Both the position numbers and the translations under genes were made by a program. From NCBI GenBank assembly GCA_950072105.1, contig CATMOE010000023.1:1-51416 (forward strand): DNA of 51,416 nt, in the 5' to 3' direction. A model generated the notes under the pieces. The model saw only the letters and a list, made by a program, of their open reading frames with translations, did not search any database and had not been told where the DNA came from. The DNA comes from an uncultured Dehalococcoidia bacterium. GTDB lineage: Bacteria > Chloroflexota > Dehalococcoidia > Lucifugimonadales > UBA3495. Shown here piece by piece: positions 9,706 through 18,570 of the stretch. Each line of letters opens with the position of its first letter. Positions within the stretch are counted from its first letter, which is position 1.

Positions 9706-10554
9706 ATGAACATGAACTCAGCCCGTAAACCGGTCGCCGTCGTGGTGGGGGCGACATCCAAGTGGCAGGCAGATGGCCGCAATACCAAACTGGCGCACGG
9801 TAAGGTGCTGGACGACAGTGACATTCCCGTCGGCGCGCGCTGGGGCATCGGTGGCGCCATAGCCCAAAAGTTCGCGAATGAGGGCTTCTTCGTCGTGCTG
9901 ACGACCCGTACCGCCGCCAATGCGGCTGCACTGAATAGCGCGATCGGCGAGCAGGGCGGCGAAAGCATGATTGTCGAGCTGGACTTGGTGTCCGAAGACT
10001 CCATATCAAACGCGTTCACCGAGATTCGAGAGCAAGCCGGCGACCCGGATGTCTTGGTCTACAACGCGGGCTACCTGGAGGGGCGTGACCTTCCGCCGGA
10101 GAAAGAATTACTTGAACACATGCCGCTCGAAATGTTCGAAACCGCGCAGCACATCGCCAGCCGTGGACCGTTCTTGGTCGCCAAGGAAGTGTTGCCCTAC
10201 ATGAGGGAGCGAGGTGAAGGCTCTTTCCTCATCTCGAACAACCCGGCATCATTGCGCGGACGAAAGCGGCAAACCGGACAGTCGCTGTACTATCCGAGAG
10301 TGATGATGCGCGCGCTGGCGCAGGTGCTGACGGAGGAATATTCCGAATACGGCGTGCACGTGGCCAATGTCGTGATCGACGGCACTATTGATTCTCCGGG
10401 CACCCGAGCCACGCCGAAAGGCCAGCAGCAGCCTGACTTGATAATCAATCCTGTCAAGATCGCCGAGGCTTTCTATTACCTCCACACCCAAGACAGATCG
10501 TGTTGGACTCACGAGCTCCAATTAACCCCATTCCCGGCCAAGCCGGCTTATTAA
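9706..10554 (+). CDS. Atypical short-chain dehydrogenase/reductase
   Basis: VVVGA...GIGGAIAQKFA with an insertion, LVYNAG, GVHVANVVIDG, CWTHELQL. Confidence 0.85.
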   Translation: MNMNSARKPVAVVVGATSKWQADGRNTKLAHGKVLDDSDIPVGARWGIGGAIAQKFANEGFFVVLTTRTAANAAALNSAIGEQGGESMIVELDLVSEDSISNAFTEIREQAGDPDVLVYNAGYLEGRDLPPEKELLEHMPLEMFETAQHIASRGPFLVAKEVLPYMRERGEGSFLISNNPASLRGRKRQTGQSLYYPRVMMRALAQVLTEEYSEYGVHVANVVIDGTIDSPGTRATPKGQQQPDLIINPVKIAEAFYYLHTQDRSCWTHELQLTPFPAKPAY

Positions 10555-10615
10555 CGGCGTCAACTTCTATCGGGTCTGGCTTAGCGATTAGAGCTCGATA
10601 AACGGAAAGGTGGCA

Positions 10616-12031
10616 ATGGCCCTCCAAGAAGAAATTGGATTGATGGCCCACTTGATGCGGCGCGCGGGCTTCGGCGATCCCCGTGAGGAACTGGAGGAGC
10701 GCGCCTCCAAGGGGTACGAAGCCGTGGTCGAAGAGCTCCTGCATCCGGAGTGCCGGCCGGCCATAGACGACGAACTGCTGTACCGCATGTTCCCGGGTTA
10801 TGAGGGGGCCGCGGCGCCGCCGATCAATCAGGCCGAATGGGTGTACCGGATGATAAACACCAAGCGGCCTCTGGAAGAGAAGATCGCCCTCTTCTGGCAT
10901 CAGTTGTTCGCCACCAGCAACTCCAAAGTAGACAATCCACCGGAGCTGACTCGACAGATCGCCATGTTCCGTGAATACGGATTTGGCACTTACCGTGACC
11001 TGCTGGTGGAGCTTGCCAAGTCGCCGGCCATGATCTTCTGGTTGGACAACCACGGCAACCATGACGGGGCCATAAACGAAAACTGGGGCCGGGAACTGTT
11101 GGAGCTTTTCTCCTTGGGCGTCGGTAACTACGCGGAGGATGATATCCGGGAAGCAGCCAGGGCTTTCACCGGATGGACGATCGCGCCCAAGATTCCCCGT
11201 AATCCTTTAGGCCGCTTTTACTGGGAATTCGAGTACAAACCTGAGGACCACGACGATCGGGAGAAGACCTTCCTAGGCCATACCGGGAACTTCGATGGCG
11301 AAGACATCGTGGACATTATCGCGAACCAGCCGGCAACAGCCCGGTTCCTGGCCCGTCACCTCTACAGGTTCTTCGTCGCCGACGAGCCTCACGTGTCCAG
11401 TTGGCACGTTACACCACCCATCGATCCTGATGCCATCCAGTTGTTGGTGGATGCCTACGATGAATCCCGTGGTGACATCCGGTCTATCTTGCGGGTATTG
11501 TTCAACTCAGAGTTCTTCAAGAGTGCCCGCTTCGCCCGAGTGAAATGCCCGGCCGAATTGATCGTTGGCACCGTGCGTATGGTAGGCAACTATAGCGGCT
11601 TCATGCCAGGCTTCAACAATCTGGCGTTGGAATGCGGCTGGCAGGGACAGGAGCTTCTCAATCCTCCCAGCGTGGAAGGTTGGCACACCGGATCAGAATG
11701 GATCGACCCCGGCGTCTTGATGCGCCGGGTGAATTTTGCCGCGAGAATACTAGGCGACACGTCCATACCCGGGGTGCAGGCTATCATTAAACGTGTGCTG
11801 ACGCATGGGCTTGCGGAAGGGAAGCTTTCTCCCCAGGCGATAGTGGCAGCTTGCCTTGATACCATGGGGCCGTTGGAAGTCAGCGAGGCGACTCGCGCTG
11901 AGTTGATGGCCCATGCCGAAAAAGATGGCGAGTTGTCTTGGAACACCAATGAGGAACTTAGAGCTACGGTAGGGAAGGTGAGCAAGATATTAACCCTGAT
12001 CGCCGCCTCCCGGGAATATCAGTTTGCCTAG
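10616..12031 (+). CDS. DUF1800 family protein (copy 2)
   Basis: Same motifs as 6013..7425 (AHLMRRAGFG, NENWGRELLELFSLG, EYQFA). Confidence 0.9.
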   Translation: MALQEEIGLMAHLMRRAGFGDPREELEERASKGYEAVVEELLHPECRPAIDDELLYRMFPGYEGAAAPPINQAEWVYRMINTKRPLEEKIALFWHQLFATSNSKVDNPPELTRQIAMFREYGFGTYRDLLVELAKSPAMIFWLDNHGNHDGAINENWGRELLELFSLGVGNYAEDDIREAARAFTGWTIAPKIPRNPLGRFYWEFEYKPEDHDDREKTFLGHTGNFDGEDIVDIIANQPATARFLARHLYRFFVADEPHVSSWHVTPPIDPDAIQLLVDAYDESRGDIRSILRVLFNSEFFKSARFARVKCPAELIVGTVRMVGNYSGFMPGFNNLALECGWQGQELLNPPSVEGWHTGSEWIDPGVLMRRVNFAARILGDTSIPGVQAIIKRVLTHGLAEGKLSPQAIVAACLDTMGPLEVSEATRAELMAHAEKDGELSWNTNEELRATVGKVSKILTLIAASREYQFA

Positions 12032-12060
12032 GCGAGGGTCTACACATTCTCTTGAAGGAC

Positions 12061-13203
12061 ATGAGCATGGCATCAACCCATAAAGACCCCGTGCTGGTCG
12101 TATTAGAGCTTACCGGGGCCAACGATTACCTCAATACGATCGTTCCTTATGCCGATCCTCTGTATTGGGATAACCGGCCCAAGGTTAATATCGCTGAAGA
12201 CCAATTGCTGATCATAGATGATGAACTGGCTTTCCGGTCTGATACCGAGCCGTTGAAAGAGATCTACGACGCCGGGAAGATGGCGATCATTCACGGTATC
12301 GGTTTCGACAATTCACCCCGCTCCCACTTTCGTGCCATGGACATCTGGCATACCTGCGAACCGGATTCCATCGGGATCAACGGCTGGCTCGGCAAGGTCA
12401 TCCGGGACTTGGATCCCGGCGGCGAGAACGTGCTAAAGGGAGTGAATCTAGGTCAGGGGTTGCCCCGGGCGCTCACCATGCGGGGGGTCCCGGTTACCTC
12501 CGTCAACCACCTTCCTACCTACGGCGTGCTCTCATCGAATCCGGGGATCGCGTCCGATCAAGAGCAGGTTCAATTATTGGACAGCTTCGCCAAGATGTAC
12601 GCTCCCGCCATCGGCGCCGGACCGGCGATGGAATATTTGGGACAGGCCGGACGAGACGCGTTGAGAGGAGCCGACATCATCCGGGTCGCGCCTGAAACGT
12701 ACTCTTCAAACGTCGAATACGCTAATAACACAATCGCCAGGCGCCTAAGAGACGTGGCGCAGGTGCATCTTGCCGGTCTGGGGACGCAGGTTTTTTACAC
12801 GTCTCACGGGCCCTTCGACACTCACTATGACCAGTTGGGATCACATACTAAGATTTGGATGGAAGTTTCCGCCGCCATCTCCGACTTCTTCACCGACCTG
12901 CGTGAGCACGACGCGGCCGGCGAGGTGGTCATGATGGTGTTCAGCGAGTTTGGCCGCCGCGTCCGCGATAATGGAACCGGCACCGACCACGGGGCGGCTG
13001 GGGTGGCGTTCGCCATCGGCGACCGGGTAAATGGTGGGATGTACGGGACCTATCCGTCGTTGAAACCGGGAGATCTCTCTCAAGGAGACCTGGCCCCCAA
13101 CTACGATTTCCGTGGCTTTTACTCCACTTTAGCCGACAAATGGTTGGGACTCGACCCGGTGCCAATCGTCGGCGGAAACTTCGAGCAGATGTCCTTCGTC
13201 TAG
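12061..13203 (+). CDS. DUF1501 family protein (copy 2)
   Basis: Same motifs as 7441..8574 (RSHFRAMDIW, FDTH, SEFGRR..NGTGTDHG). Confidence 0.9.
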   Translation: MSMASTHKDPVLVVLELTGANDYLNTIVPYADPLYWDNRPKVNIAEDQLLIIDDELAFRSDTEPLKEIYDAGKMAIIHGIGFDNSPRSHFRAMDIWHTCEPDSIGINGWLGKVIRDLDPGGENVLKGVNLGQGLPRALTMRGVPVTSVNHLPTYGVLSSNPGIASDQEQVQLLDSFAKMYAPAIGAGPAMEYLGQAGRDALRGADIIRVAPETYSSNVEYANNTIARRLRDVAQVHLAGLGTQVFYTSHGPFDTHYDQLGSHTKIWMEVSAAISDFFTDLREHDAAGEVVMMVFSEFGRRVRDNGTGTDHGAAGVAFAIGDRVNGGMYGTYPSLKPGDLSQGDLAPNYDFRGFYSTLADKWLGLDPVPIVGGNFEQMSFV

Positions 13204-13240
13204 CCCTACGAATCACTGATTCTTTCACCGGAGAGCAGAA

Positions 13241-14239
13241 ATGCTGACCACCGTCGCCGCCGGCCGGGTTTATGACTACAGCTACTGCATCGGCATGTAC
13301 AGTCAGTCCGGCCAGGGATTTTGGGCCCCCCAGGATTTCGTCCTGGGAGCGAACGGCCGGATCTATGTGTTGAGCCGCGGTGTGGAACAGTTAGGGCAGC
13401 GTGTCAGCAAGATCAACTTTGACCAGCAGTTTCAAGGCCAGTTCGGCTCCGTTGGCGCCGAAGATGGGCGCTTTGTTTGGCCCCGGTCCATCGATCTAGA
13501 CAATCACGGCCGAGTGTTCGTTTCCGATGAATATGTCAACCGGATCACCATATACGACGAAGAGGGCGCATATAGATATCATTGGGGCAAGCCCGGCAGC
13601 GAAGACGGCCAGCTAAACGGACCGTCAGGTATCGCTTTCGATTCCCGCGGAACTATTTGGGTCGTGGACAGCATGAATCACCGGGTGCAAAGCTTCAGTC
13701 AGCTTGGCGAGTTCCAGTCCAAGTTCGGGAAGCAAGGTAGCGGCGACGGAGATATGGAGATGCCGTGGGGCATCTGCGTCGATCGCCACGACAACATCTA
13801 CGTCGCCGATTGGGGAAATAATCGGGTGCAAAAATTCGCCCCTACCGGAGAGTTGCTGGTTAAGTTCGAAGCCTCAAGCACCGGGGCGGGCTCTCTCAAA
13901 GGGCCATCCGGTGTGGCTGTGGACTCGGACGGGGATGTATACGTAACCGACTGGGGAAACCACCGCGTCCAGATCTACGCCGCCGACGGCCAATATATAA
14001 CCGCGCTGGCCGGTGACGCCCAAGAACCTTCGCGCTGGACTCAAACGTACATCGACGCCAATCCCGACATTGTCAAAGCCAGGCGCCGGGTAGATCTGGA
14101 GCCTGAATGGAGGTTCCGGCGGCCGGTGGCGGTAAACATTGACGCCGACGACCGGATCATAGTTTTGGAGTCATACCGGCACCGGCTCCAGATCTACAAC
14201 AAGCTAAAGGATTACGAAGAACACGCTCTTAACTTGTAG
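13241..14239 (+). CDS. NHL-repeat beta-propeller protein (copy 2)
   Basis: NHL repeats; paralogous to 8618..9598 including the C-terminal RFRRPVAV motif. Confidence 0.9.
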   Translation: MLTTVAAGRVYDYSYCIGMYSQSGQGFWAPQDFVLGANGRIYVLSRGVEQLGQRVSKINFDQQFQGQFGSVGAEDGRFVWPRSIDLDNHGRVFVSDEYVNRITIYDEEGAYRYHWGKPGSEDGQLNGPSGIAFDSRGTIWVVDSMNHRVQSFSQLGEFQSKFGKQGSGDGDMEMPWGICVDRHDNIYVADWGNNRVQKFAPTGELLVKFEASSTGAGSLKGPSGVAVDSDGDVYVTDWGNHRVQIYAADGQYITALAGDAQEPSRWTQTYIDANPDIVKARRRVDLEPEWRFRRPVAVNIDADDRIIVLESYRHRLQIYNKLKDYEEHALNL

Positions 14240-14272
14240 GTATATTCAGATCAGCTTGGTGGAACCTAATAA

Positions 14273-14305
14273 CAGAAAAGCCCCCTCAATGAGGGGGCTT
14301 TTCTG
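14273..14305. terminator. Bidirectional intrinsic terminator
   Basis: CAGAAAAGCCCCCTC-AAT-GAGGGGGCTTTTCTG between convergent genes. Confidence 0.85.
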
Positions 14306-14361
14306 GTTGTTAAGGGTCAGGTAGTTTGCCCGTCAGTGATGGGCAAACTACCTGCCCGTTT

Positions 14362-16317
14362 TTACCGCTTGTCAAGGAGAGGTGTTTCGTTGGCGGCGCT
14401 CCCTGCGATCCGTCCCGCCTTCTCAACGAGGCCGGTGAATTCTTCCACATCTTGGTCGCCGGACAACAAGTTGTTGACCCGTCGCGCCACCGCGATCACT
14501 TGCTCCATGTTGCTGTCCTGGGCCCAGTAGCTCTCGCGAAGGATCTCCGCGTACTCGGCCACTGCGGCATCGAGTTGAAGGCGGGGCGATGCTTCCTCGA
14601 ACACTGTTGTTAACTCTTTCCGGTGGAATTCTCGAGAGATCTCTTGGACATCGCCAGATTCAGGGTCTTGATAACGGATGTACACCGTGGCGATCCGCCC
14701 TTGGACATCATCCGAGAGCTTAATCTCGTACAATGCCGTCACCGTGTGCCCGGCGCCCACCTCCGCAGCGTCCACGGTGTCGTTTCGGAAGTCCCGGTCG
14801 GCTATCCTCCGGTTCTCATATCCCAGCAACCGGTAACGGCTGACCACGCTGGGGTCGAAGTCTACCTGCACCTTAGCGTCTTTGGCGATCACCTGCAGCA
14901 TACCCGTAAGGTTCTCGACGAACACCCGGCGGGCCTGGCTGAGAGTGTCCACATAGGCGTAGTTACCGTCGCCGTCGTTGGCCAACTGCTCCATTAGTAC
15001 ATCGTTGAAATTCCCTATGCCAAAGCCGACAGTGGACAGTGTTATTTCGTCATTGGCGTAGCGGCGCACTTCCCTTAGGATCGAGTCCGGCCCGGTACGT
15101 CCAACGTTGGCCACGCCGTCGGAAAGTAGGATCACACGAGTGATGCGCCCCGGCTTAACCAGCCGGTTCGCCATCTGGTACCCCAAGCGTAAGCCCTCCT
15201 CCGCATTGGTGCTACCTCCTGGGGTCAACTTGAAGATGGCATTCAGGATCTCTTCTTTGTCCTCGCCGCTGGTAGGCTCCAGTACAACCTGCCCGTGAGA
15301 CCCATAGACCACGATGCCAACATCATCGGTGGGGCGCAACTCGTCCACCAGCAGGCGAAGGGACTTTTTTACCAGACCGAGCCGGCCCTCCCGGCCCATG
15401 GACCCGGAGACATCGATCACGAACACCAGAGACGCATCCTTACGCTCTGCCGTTGGGATAACGCGGCCCTGAAGACCGACACGGATCAACCAGCGCTTCT
15501 CCCCGCCGAAAGGTGACGGGGCGCCGTCTATATGGATGGCAAAGGTACCCTCGGCGGGAGGCTCATATTCCTGATCGAAGTAGTTGATGAACTCTTCCAC
15601 CCGAACCGAGTCGGGATTCGGCAGGTGTCCATCCACCACAAAACGCCGGGCCACGGTATACGACGCCGTATCCACGTCCATGGCGAATGTGGAAAACCGG
15701 TCATCCTCGGTATCGATGAAGGGGTTCACCCCGTAGTGCTTGAAAAAATTAGCGTCGTATGGAGCGTCGTTTACCGTTGCCGACCCGCCGGTAGAAAACC
15801 CGGATTGATCATCGCTCCCACTGGGTACGCTAAGCGCTTGAACCCTAGAGAAGGCCTGGGGAACCGAAGTAGCCCGGGGTCCCGCACTACCCTGAGGTCC
15901 CGCACTAGCTTGAGCGTTAGAAAAGGCCAGATACTCCTTGTTCGCTTGGGAGTTCGAATTGGCGTCTGTGCTCGAATATACCTGCGGAGCCGGAGTTCGT
16001 TGGGAATCCAAGACAGCCCGAGCGCTCCCAGTAGACTCAGATGCCATGATGGCTAGGGAATGTGAGGCATCGCCTCCGCTCGAAAAGCGGGTCACCATCG
16101 GAAAGGTTACGGCCAGAACCAGCATCACCACGCCAAGGGCGGCCGCCGATCCGAGGGCGGGCGCCAGCCACCGCCTGGGAGACTTCTGTGCTGGACTTTG
16201 TATTCCGGCTTCCACCGCCGGCCAAAGGTCGCGCCTTGGCATGATATTGTTCAGCTCTTCAGCCAGGGCAGCCTCGATCAGCTGTTCGTTGAATTCTGGG
16301 ATCTCTTTCTCTCTCAT
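14362..16317 (-). CDS. YfbK-like vWA-domain membrane protein (vWF_A + VWA + DUF3520), probable anti-sigma partner
   Basis: N-terminal TM helix; STFAMDVDTASY, VRVEEFINYF, MIDAS DVSGSM, LLSDGVANVG, YRLLGYENR; overlaps the ECF stop by 4 nt. Confidence 0.9.
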   Translation of the reverse strand: MREKEIPEFNEQLIEAALAEELNNIMPRRDLWPAVEAGIQSPAQKSPRRWLAPALGSAAALGVVMLVLAVTFPMVTRFSSGGDASHSLAIMASESTGSARAVLDSQRTPAPQVYSSTDANSNSQANKEYLAFSNAQASAGPQGSAGPRATSVPQAFSRVQALSVPSGSDDQSGFSTGGSATVNDAPYDANFFKHYGVNPFIDTEDDRFSTFAMDVDTASYTVARRFVVDGHLPNPDSVRVEEFINYFDQEYEPPAEGTFAIHIDGAPSPFGGEKRWLIRVGLQGRVIPTAERKDASLVFVIDVSGSMGREGRLGLVKKSLRLLVDELRPTDDVGIVVYGSHGQVVLEPTSGEDKEEILNAIFKLTPGGSTNAEEGLRLGYQMANRLVKPGRITRVILLSDGVANVGRTGPDSILREVRRYANDEITLSTVGFGIGNFNDVLMEQLANDGDGNYAYVDTLSQARRVFVENLTGMLQVIAKDAKVQVDFDPSVVSRYRLLGYENRRIADRDFRNDTVDAAEVGAGHTVTALYEIKLSDDVQGRIATVYIRYQDPESGDVQEISREFHRKELTTVFEEASPRLQLDAAVAEYAEILRESYWAQDSNMEQVIAVARRVNNLLSGDQDVEEFTGLVEKAGRIAGSAANETPLLDKR

Positions 16318-16955
16318 AGTATTTCTTCTCCAGGTTTCGGTTCTCCAGCCCAGCTCATTCTGTCCGCCGTTTCACTTGGTCTATGAGACGTTGGCTGAAT
16401 CACCATTTCAGTGGTCAAAGGAGAGGATAGTGCGGCAAAGTTTTCGCGCAACCGGCGTAGGGCGTAGTGGACACGAGACTTCACCGTCCCCAGCCGGCAC
16501 CCCAGGGCCACCGCCGTCTCGGCTTCACTGAAACCCTGGTAGTAGCGCAAGACCACCGCGGCACGGTGCTTCGGCTCCAGGGTGCCCAGGGCGTTTCGAA
16601 CGGCCGACCGTAGCTCCGAATCCTCGGCGGCCTGCTCAGGGGTGGTGGAAGGCGAAGGGAGTTCGGCGGCGTCCTCGATAGGGACATCCCGTCCTTTCCG
16701 GCGCCGAAGCTCGTCCAGACTGCGATGCACCGCGATCCGGTGGAGCCATGGCGGGAAGGGGCGGCGCGCATCGTAGCGCCTGATGGCGGTGAATAGCTCG
16801 ATGAAAACCTGCTGGGTAACGTCTTCGGCCAGATCGTGCCGCCGCACGATGCCGTAAGAGGTACGAAAGACGGACCGGTGATGAAGCTCAAAGAGAACTC
16901 CCAGAGCCACCACATTCCCAGCCTGACATTGTAGGATCGCCTCTTGCTCTTCCAA
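16314..16955 (-). CDS. ECF-type RNA polymerase sigma factor
   Basis: AEDVTQQVF, FPPWLHRIA region 2; VLRYYQGFS..ETAVALG..LGTVKSR region 4. Confidence 0.92.
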   Translation of the reverse strand: MEEQEAILQCQAGNVVALGVLFELHHRSVFRTSYGIVRRHDLAEDVTQQVFIELFTAIRRYDARRPFPPWLHRIAVHRSLDELRRRKGRDVPIEDAAELPSPSTTPEQAAEDSELRSAVRNALGTLEPKHRAAVVLRYYQGFSEAETAVALGCRLGTVKSRVHYALRRLRENFAALSSPLTTEMVIQPTSHRPSETADRMSWAGEPKPGEEIL

Positions 16956-17188
16956 TTGCCCTCCCTATACCAGGGGCCGCTTACCTCTTCCTTCCAACCT
17001 ATATTCGTATAGACGGGAAGAAAGGTTCATTTTCAAGACGGAACTCACCGGGAAAAGGTTCCACGGCATTCTTCAACCGCACCAGTGGCGTGGGCTCGTG
17101 AACTGATCGCCAATTCATCGTGGGCATGATGACTATCATGATCGGGTTCTTCGGGGACATCTTGGCAGATATGATTCGCCATCGCATA

Positions 17189-17512
17189 TCAAGGCCGCGG
17201 CGTTGAGGATTTCTTGAATCGCGATATAAACCTGACTGCTTCAGGAAGAGCAGCCGCACCCCGGGAGGTTACCCTCAACCAGCCGAGGCCCGGGAGAACC
17301 GGACTCATAACCTCGAATACGCCCTTGGCCAAGCGTACCCTGCTCCGCGCGACCTCGGCCGCCCCGTGGATATCCTCGGCGGCGATACCTACCCGCTCCA
17401 ACGCTTGAGACGCCCTTCCGTATAGCTTGGTGCTAACGATGATAAGAACAAGCGACGTAATGGTTCCAGTGACTCCGAATACGATGACGACGATGTCGCG
17501 GCCAGTGTCCAT
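17189..17512 (-). CDS. Small hypothetical membrane protein
   Basis: AAGGAAGG RBS, N-terminal hydrophobic helix. Confidence 0.6.
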   Translation of the reverse strand: MDTGRDIVVIVFGVTGTITSLVLIIVSTKLYGRASQALERVGIAAEDIHGAAEVARSRVRLAKGVFEVMSPVLPGLGWLRVTSRGAAALPEAVRFISRFKKSSTPRP

Positions 17513-17544
17513 GACTTTACCCTTCCTTCAAATGCGCTATGACT

Positions 17545-17621
17545 TGGTGGCGGCGCTCGGATTAGAGCCGAGACCTGACTCATTGCAGGAGAACCGCTTT
17601 GACCACCTAAGCTACGGGTCC
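17545..17621 (-). pseudogene. Degenerate copy of the array tRNA-Ala(UGC)
   Basis: Co-linear with 18032..18108; three acceptor mismatches, T loop CTCTAAT; CCA retained. Confidence 0.75.
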
Positions 17622-17630
17622 TGATTTCTA

Positions 17631-17705
17631 TGGTGGGGACGGCTGGATTCGAACCAACGGCCTGCCGCTTATCAGACGGCTGCTCTACCCCTGAGCTACG
17701 TCCCT
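17631..17705 (-). tRNA. tRNA-Ile(GAU)
   Basis: Loop CTGATAA, stem GCCGT/GCGGC, A1:C72 mismatch, CCA. Confidence 0.9.
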
Positions 17706-17706
17706 A

Positions 17707-17782
17707 TGGCGCGCCTGCCAGGAATTGAACCTGGGGCCTCAGGTTTAGGAAACCTTTGCTCTATCCGCTGAGCTACAGGCGC
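17707..17782 (-). tRNA. tRNA-Arg(CCU)
   Basis: Loop TTCCTAA, acceptor GCGCCTG/CAGGCGC, CCA. Confidence 0.9.
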
Positions 17783-17783
17783 T

Positions 17784-17861
17784 TGGTATCGGCGGTAGGA
17801 GTCGAACCCACACTGACCTGGTCTTAAGCCAGACGCCTCTGCCTGATTGGGCTACGCCGAC
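17784..17861 (-). tRNA. tRNA-Leu(UAA), short variable region
   Basis: Loop CTTAAGA, Leu-type D arm, A73, 5-nt variable region. Confidence 0.85.
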
Positions 17862-17865
17862 AAGT

Positions 17866-17942
17866 TGGTGGGCCAGGTAGGATTCGAACCTACACTCTTC
17901 CGTTTTTGAGACGGATGCGTCTGCCGATTGCGCCACTGACCC
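17866..17942 (-). tRNA. tRNA-Leu(CAA), short variable region
   Basis: Loop CTCAAAA, stem TCCGT/ACGGA, 5-nt variable region, A73-CCA. Confidence 0.88.
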
Positions 17943-17958
17943 GGGCATCGGTAATACG

Positions 17959-18031
17959 CGGTAACCCATGGGAATCGAACCCCCGGCTCTCCCATACGAG
18001 GTCGCACGTTACCGATTACACCGCTATGGTT
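17959..18031 (-). pseudogene. Pseudo-tRNA, isotype unassignable
   Basis: D-loop-like TAATCGGTAA and GGTTCGATTCC remain; anticodon and acceptor stems broken; ends CCG. Confidence 0.6.
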
Positions 18032-18108
18032 TGGTGGAAGCGCTCGGACTCGAACCGAGACCTGACTCTTTGCAGGAGAGCCGCTCTCGCCATTTAAGCT
18101 ACGCCCCC
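18032..18108 (-). tRNA. tRNA-Ala(UGC), C33
   Basis: G3:U70, A73, loop CCTGCAA. Confidence 0.88.
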
Positions 18109-18109
18109 A

Positions 18110-18195
18110 TGGATGATTTATTGAAGCCACCGGGAGGACTCCCGAACCCCGATTCGCAGCTTCAAAGATTGCCATGTCGCCTTCAGACGAATCAT
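18110..18195 (-). ncRNA. tRNA-Gln(UUG)-derived rearranged RNA ending in CCA
   Basis: CTTTGAAGCTGC shared with 20196..20266; closing ATGATT/AATCAT-CCA; 3' insert GTGGCTTCAA complementary to the anticodon arm. Confidence 0.45.
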
Positions 18196-18198
18196 TTG

Positions 18199-18284
18199 TG
18201 GCGGAAGGTGAGGGAATCGAACCCCCGAGCCCGTTAGGGCCAACTGTTTTCTAGACAGCGTCCTCGACCAACCGGACACCTTCC
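18199..18284 (-). tRNA. tRNA-Ser(AGA), A34
   Basis: Loop CTAGAAA in stem GCTGT/ACAGT, long variable arm, G73-CCA. Confidence 0.85.
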
Positions 18285-18287
18285 ATT

Positions 18288-18361
18288 TGGCAGTGGGAGT
18301 TGGAGTCGAACCAACGTTTCCTGGGTCAGAGCCAGACGTCCTACCGCTGAACGACCCCACT
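18288..18361 (-). tRNA. tRNA-Gln(CUG)
   Basis: Loop CTCTGAC, G73-CCA. Confidence 0.9.
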
Positions 18362-18362
18362 C

Positions 18363-18458
18363 TGGTTCCGAGGGCTGGAATTGAACCAGCGCCGCGCTGC
18401 GCCCTTCAGCAGAAGGGCTGCGCTTCAGGCAACCGCTCTACCCCTGAGCTACCTCGGA
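18363..18458 (-). tRNA. tRNA-Phe(GAA) with a 21-nt insertion 3' of the anticodon
   Basis: Perfect acceptor, D and T arms, loop CTGAAGC; extra CCTTCTGCTGAAGGGCGCAGC makes the gene 96 nt. Confidence 0.8.
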
Positions 18459-18473
18459 ATGCTGTAAGACAAA

Positions 18474-18567
18474 TGGCGGAAAGGGTGGGCTTCGAACCCA
18501 CGGGTCCTTCGGTTGAAGGACCGCCCGATTAGCAGCCGGGTGCCTTCAGCCTCTCAGCCACCTTTCC
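18474..18567 (-). tRNA. tRNA-Ser(GCU)
   Basis: Loop CTGCTAA, long variable arm GGTCCTTC/GAAGGACC, G73-CCA. Confidence 0.92.
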
Positions 18568-18570
18568 TTA

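Noticed and set aside
16999..17259. 86-aa (or 62-aa) ORF between the membrane protein and the ECF sigma
   Set aside because: No convincing RBS or motif; the long form overlaps 17189..17512 out of frame
18032..18108. Reading this tRNA as Cys(GCA)
   Set aside because: Stem register gives UGC, and G3:U70 with A73 are Ala identity elements
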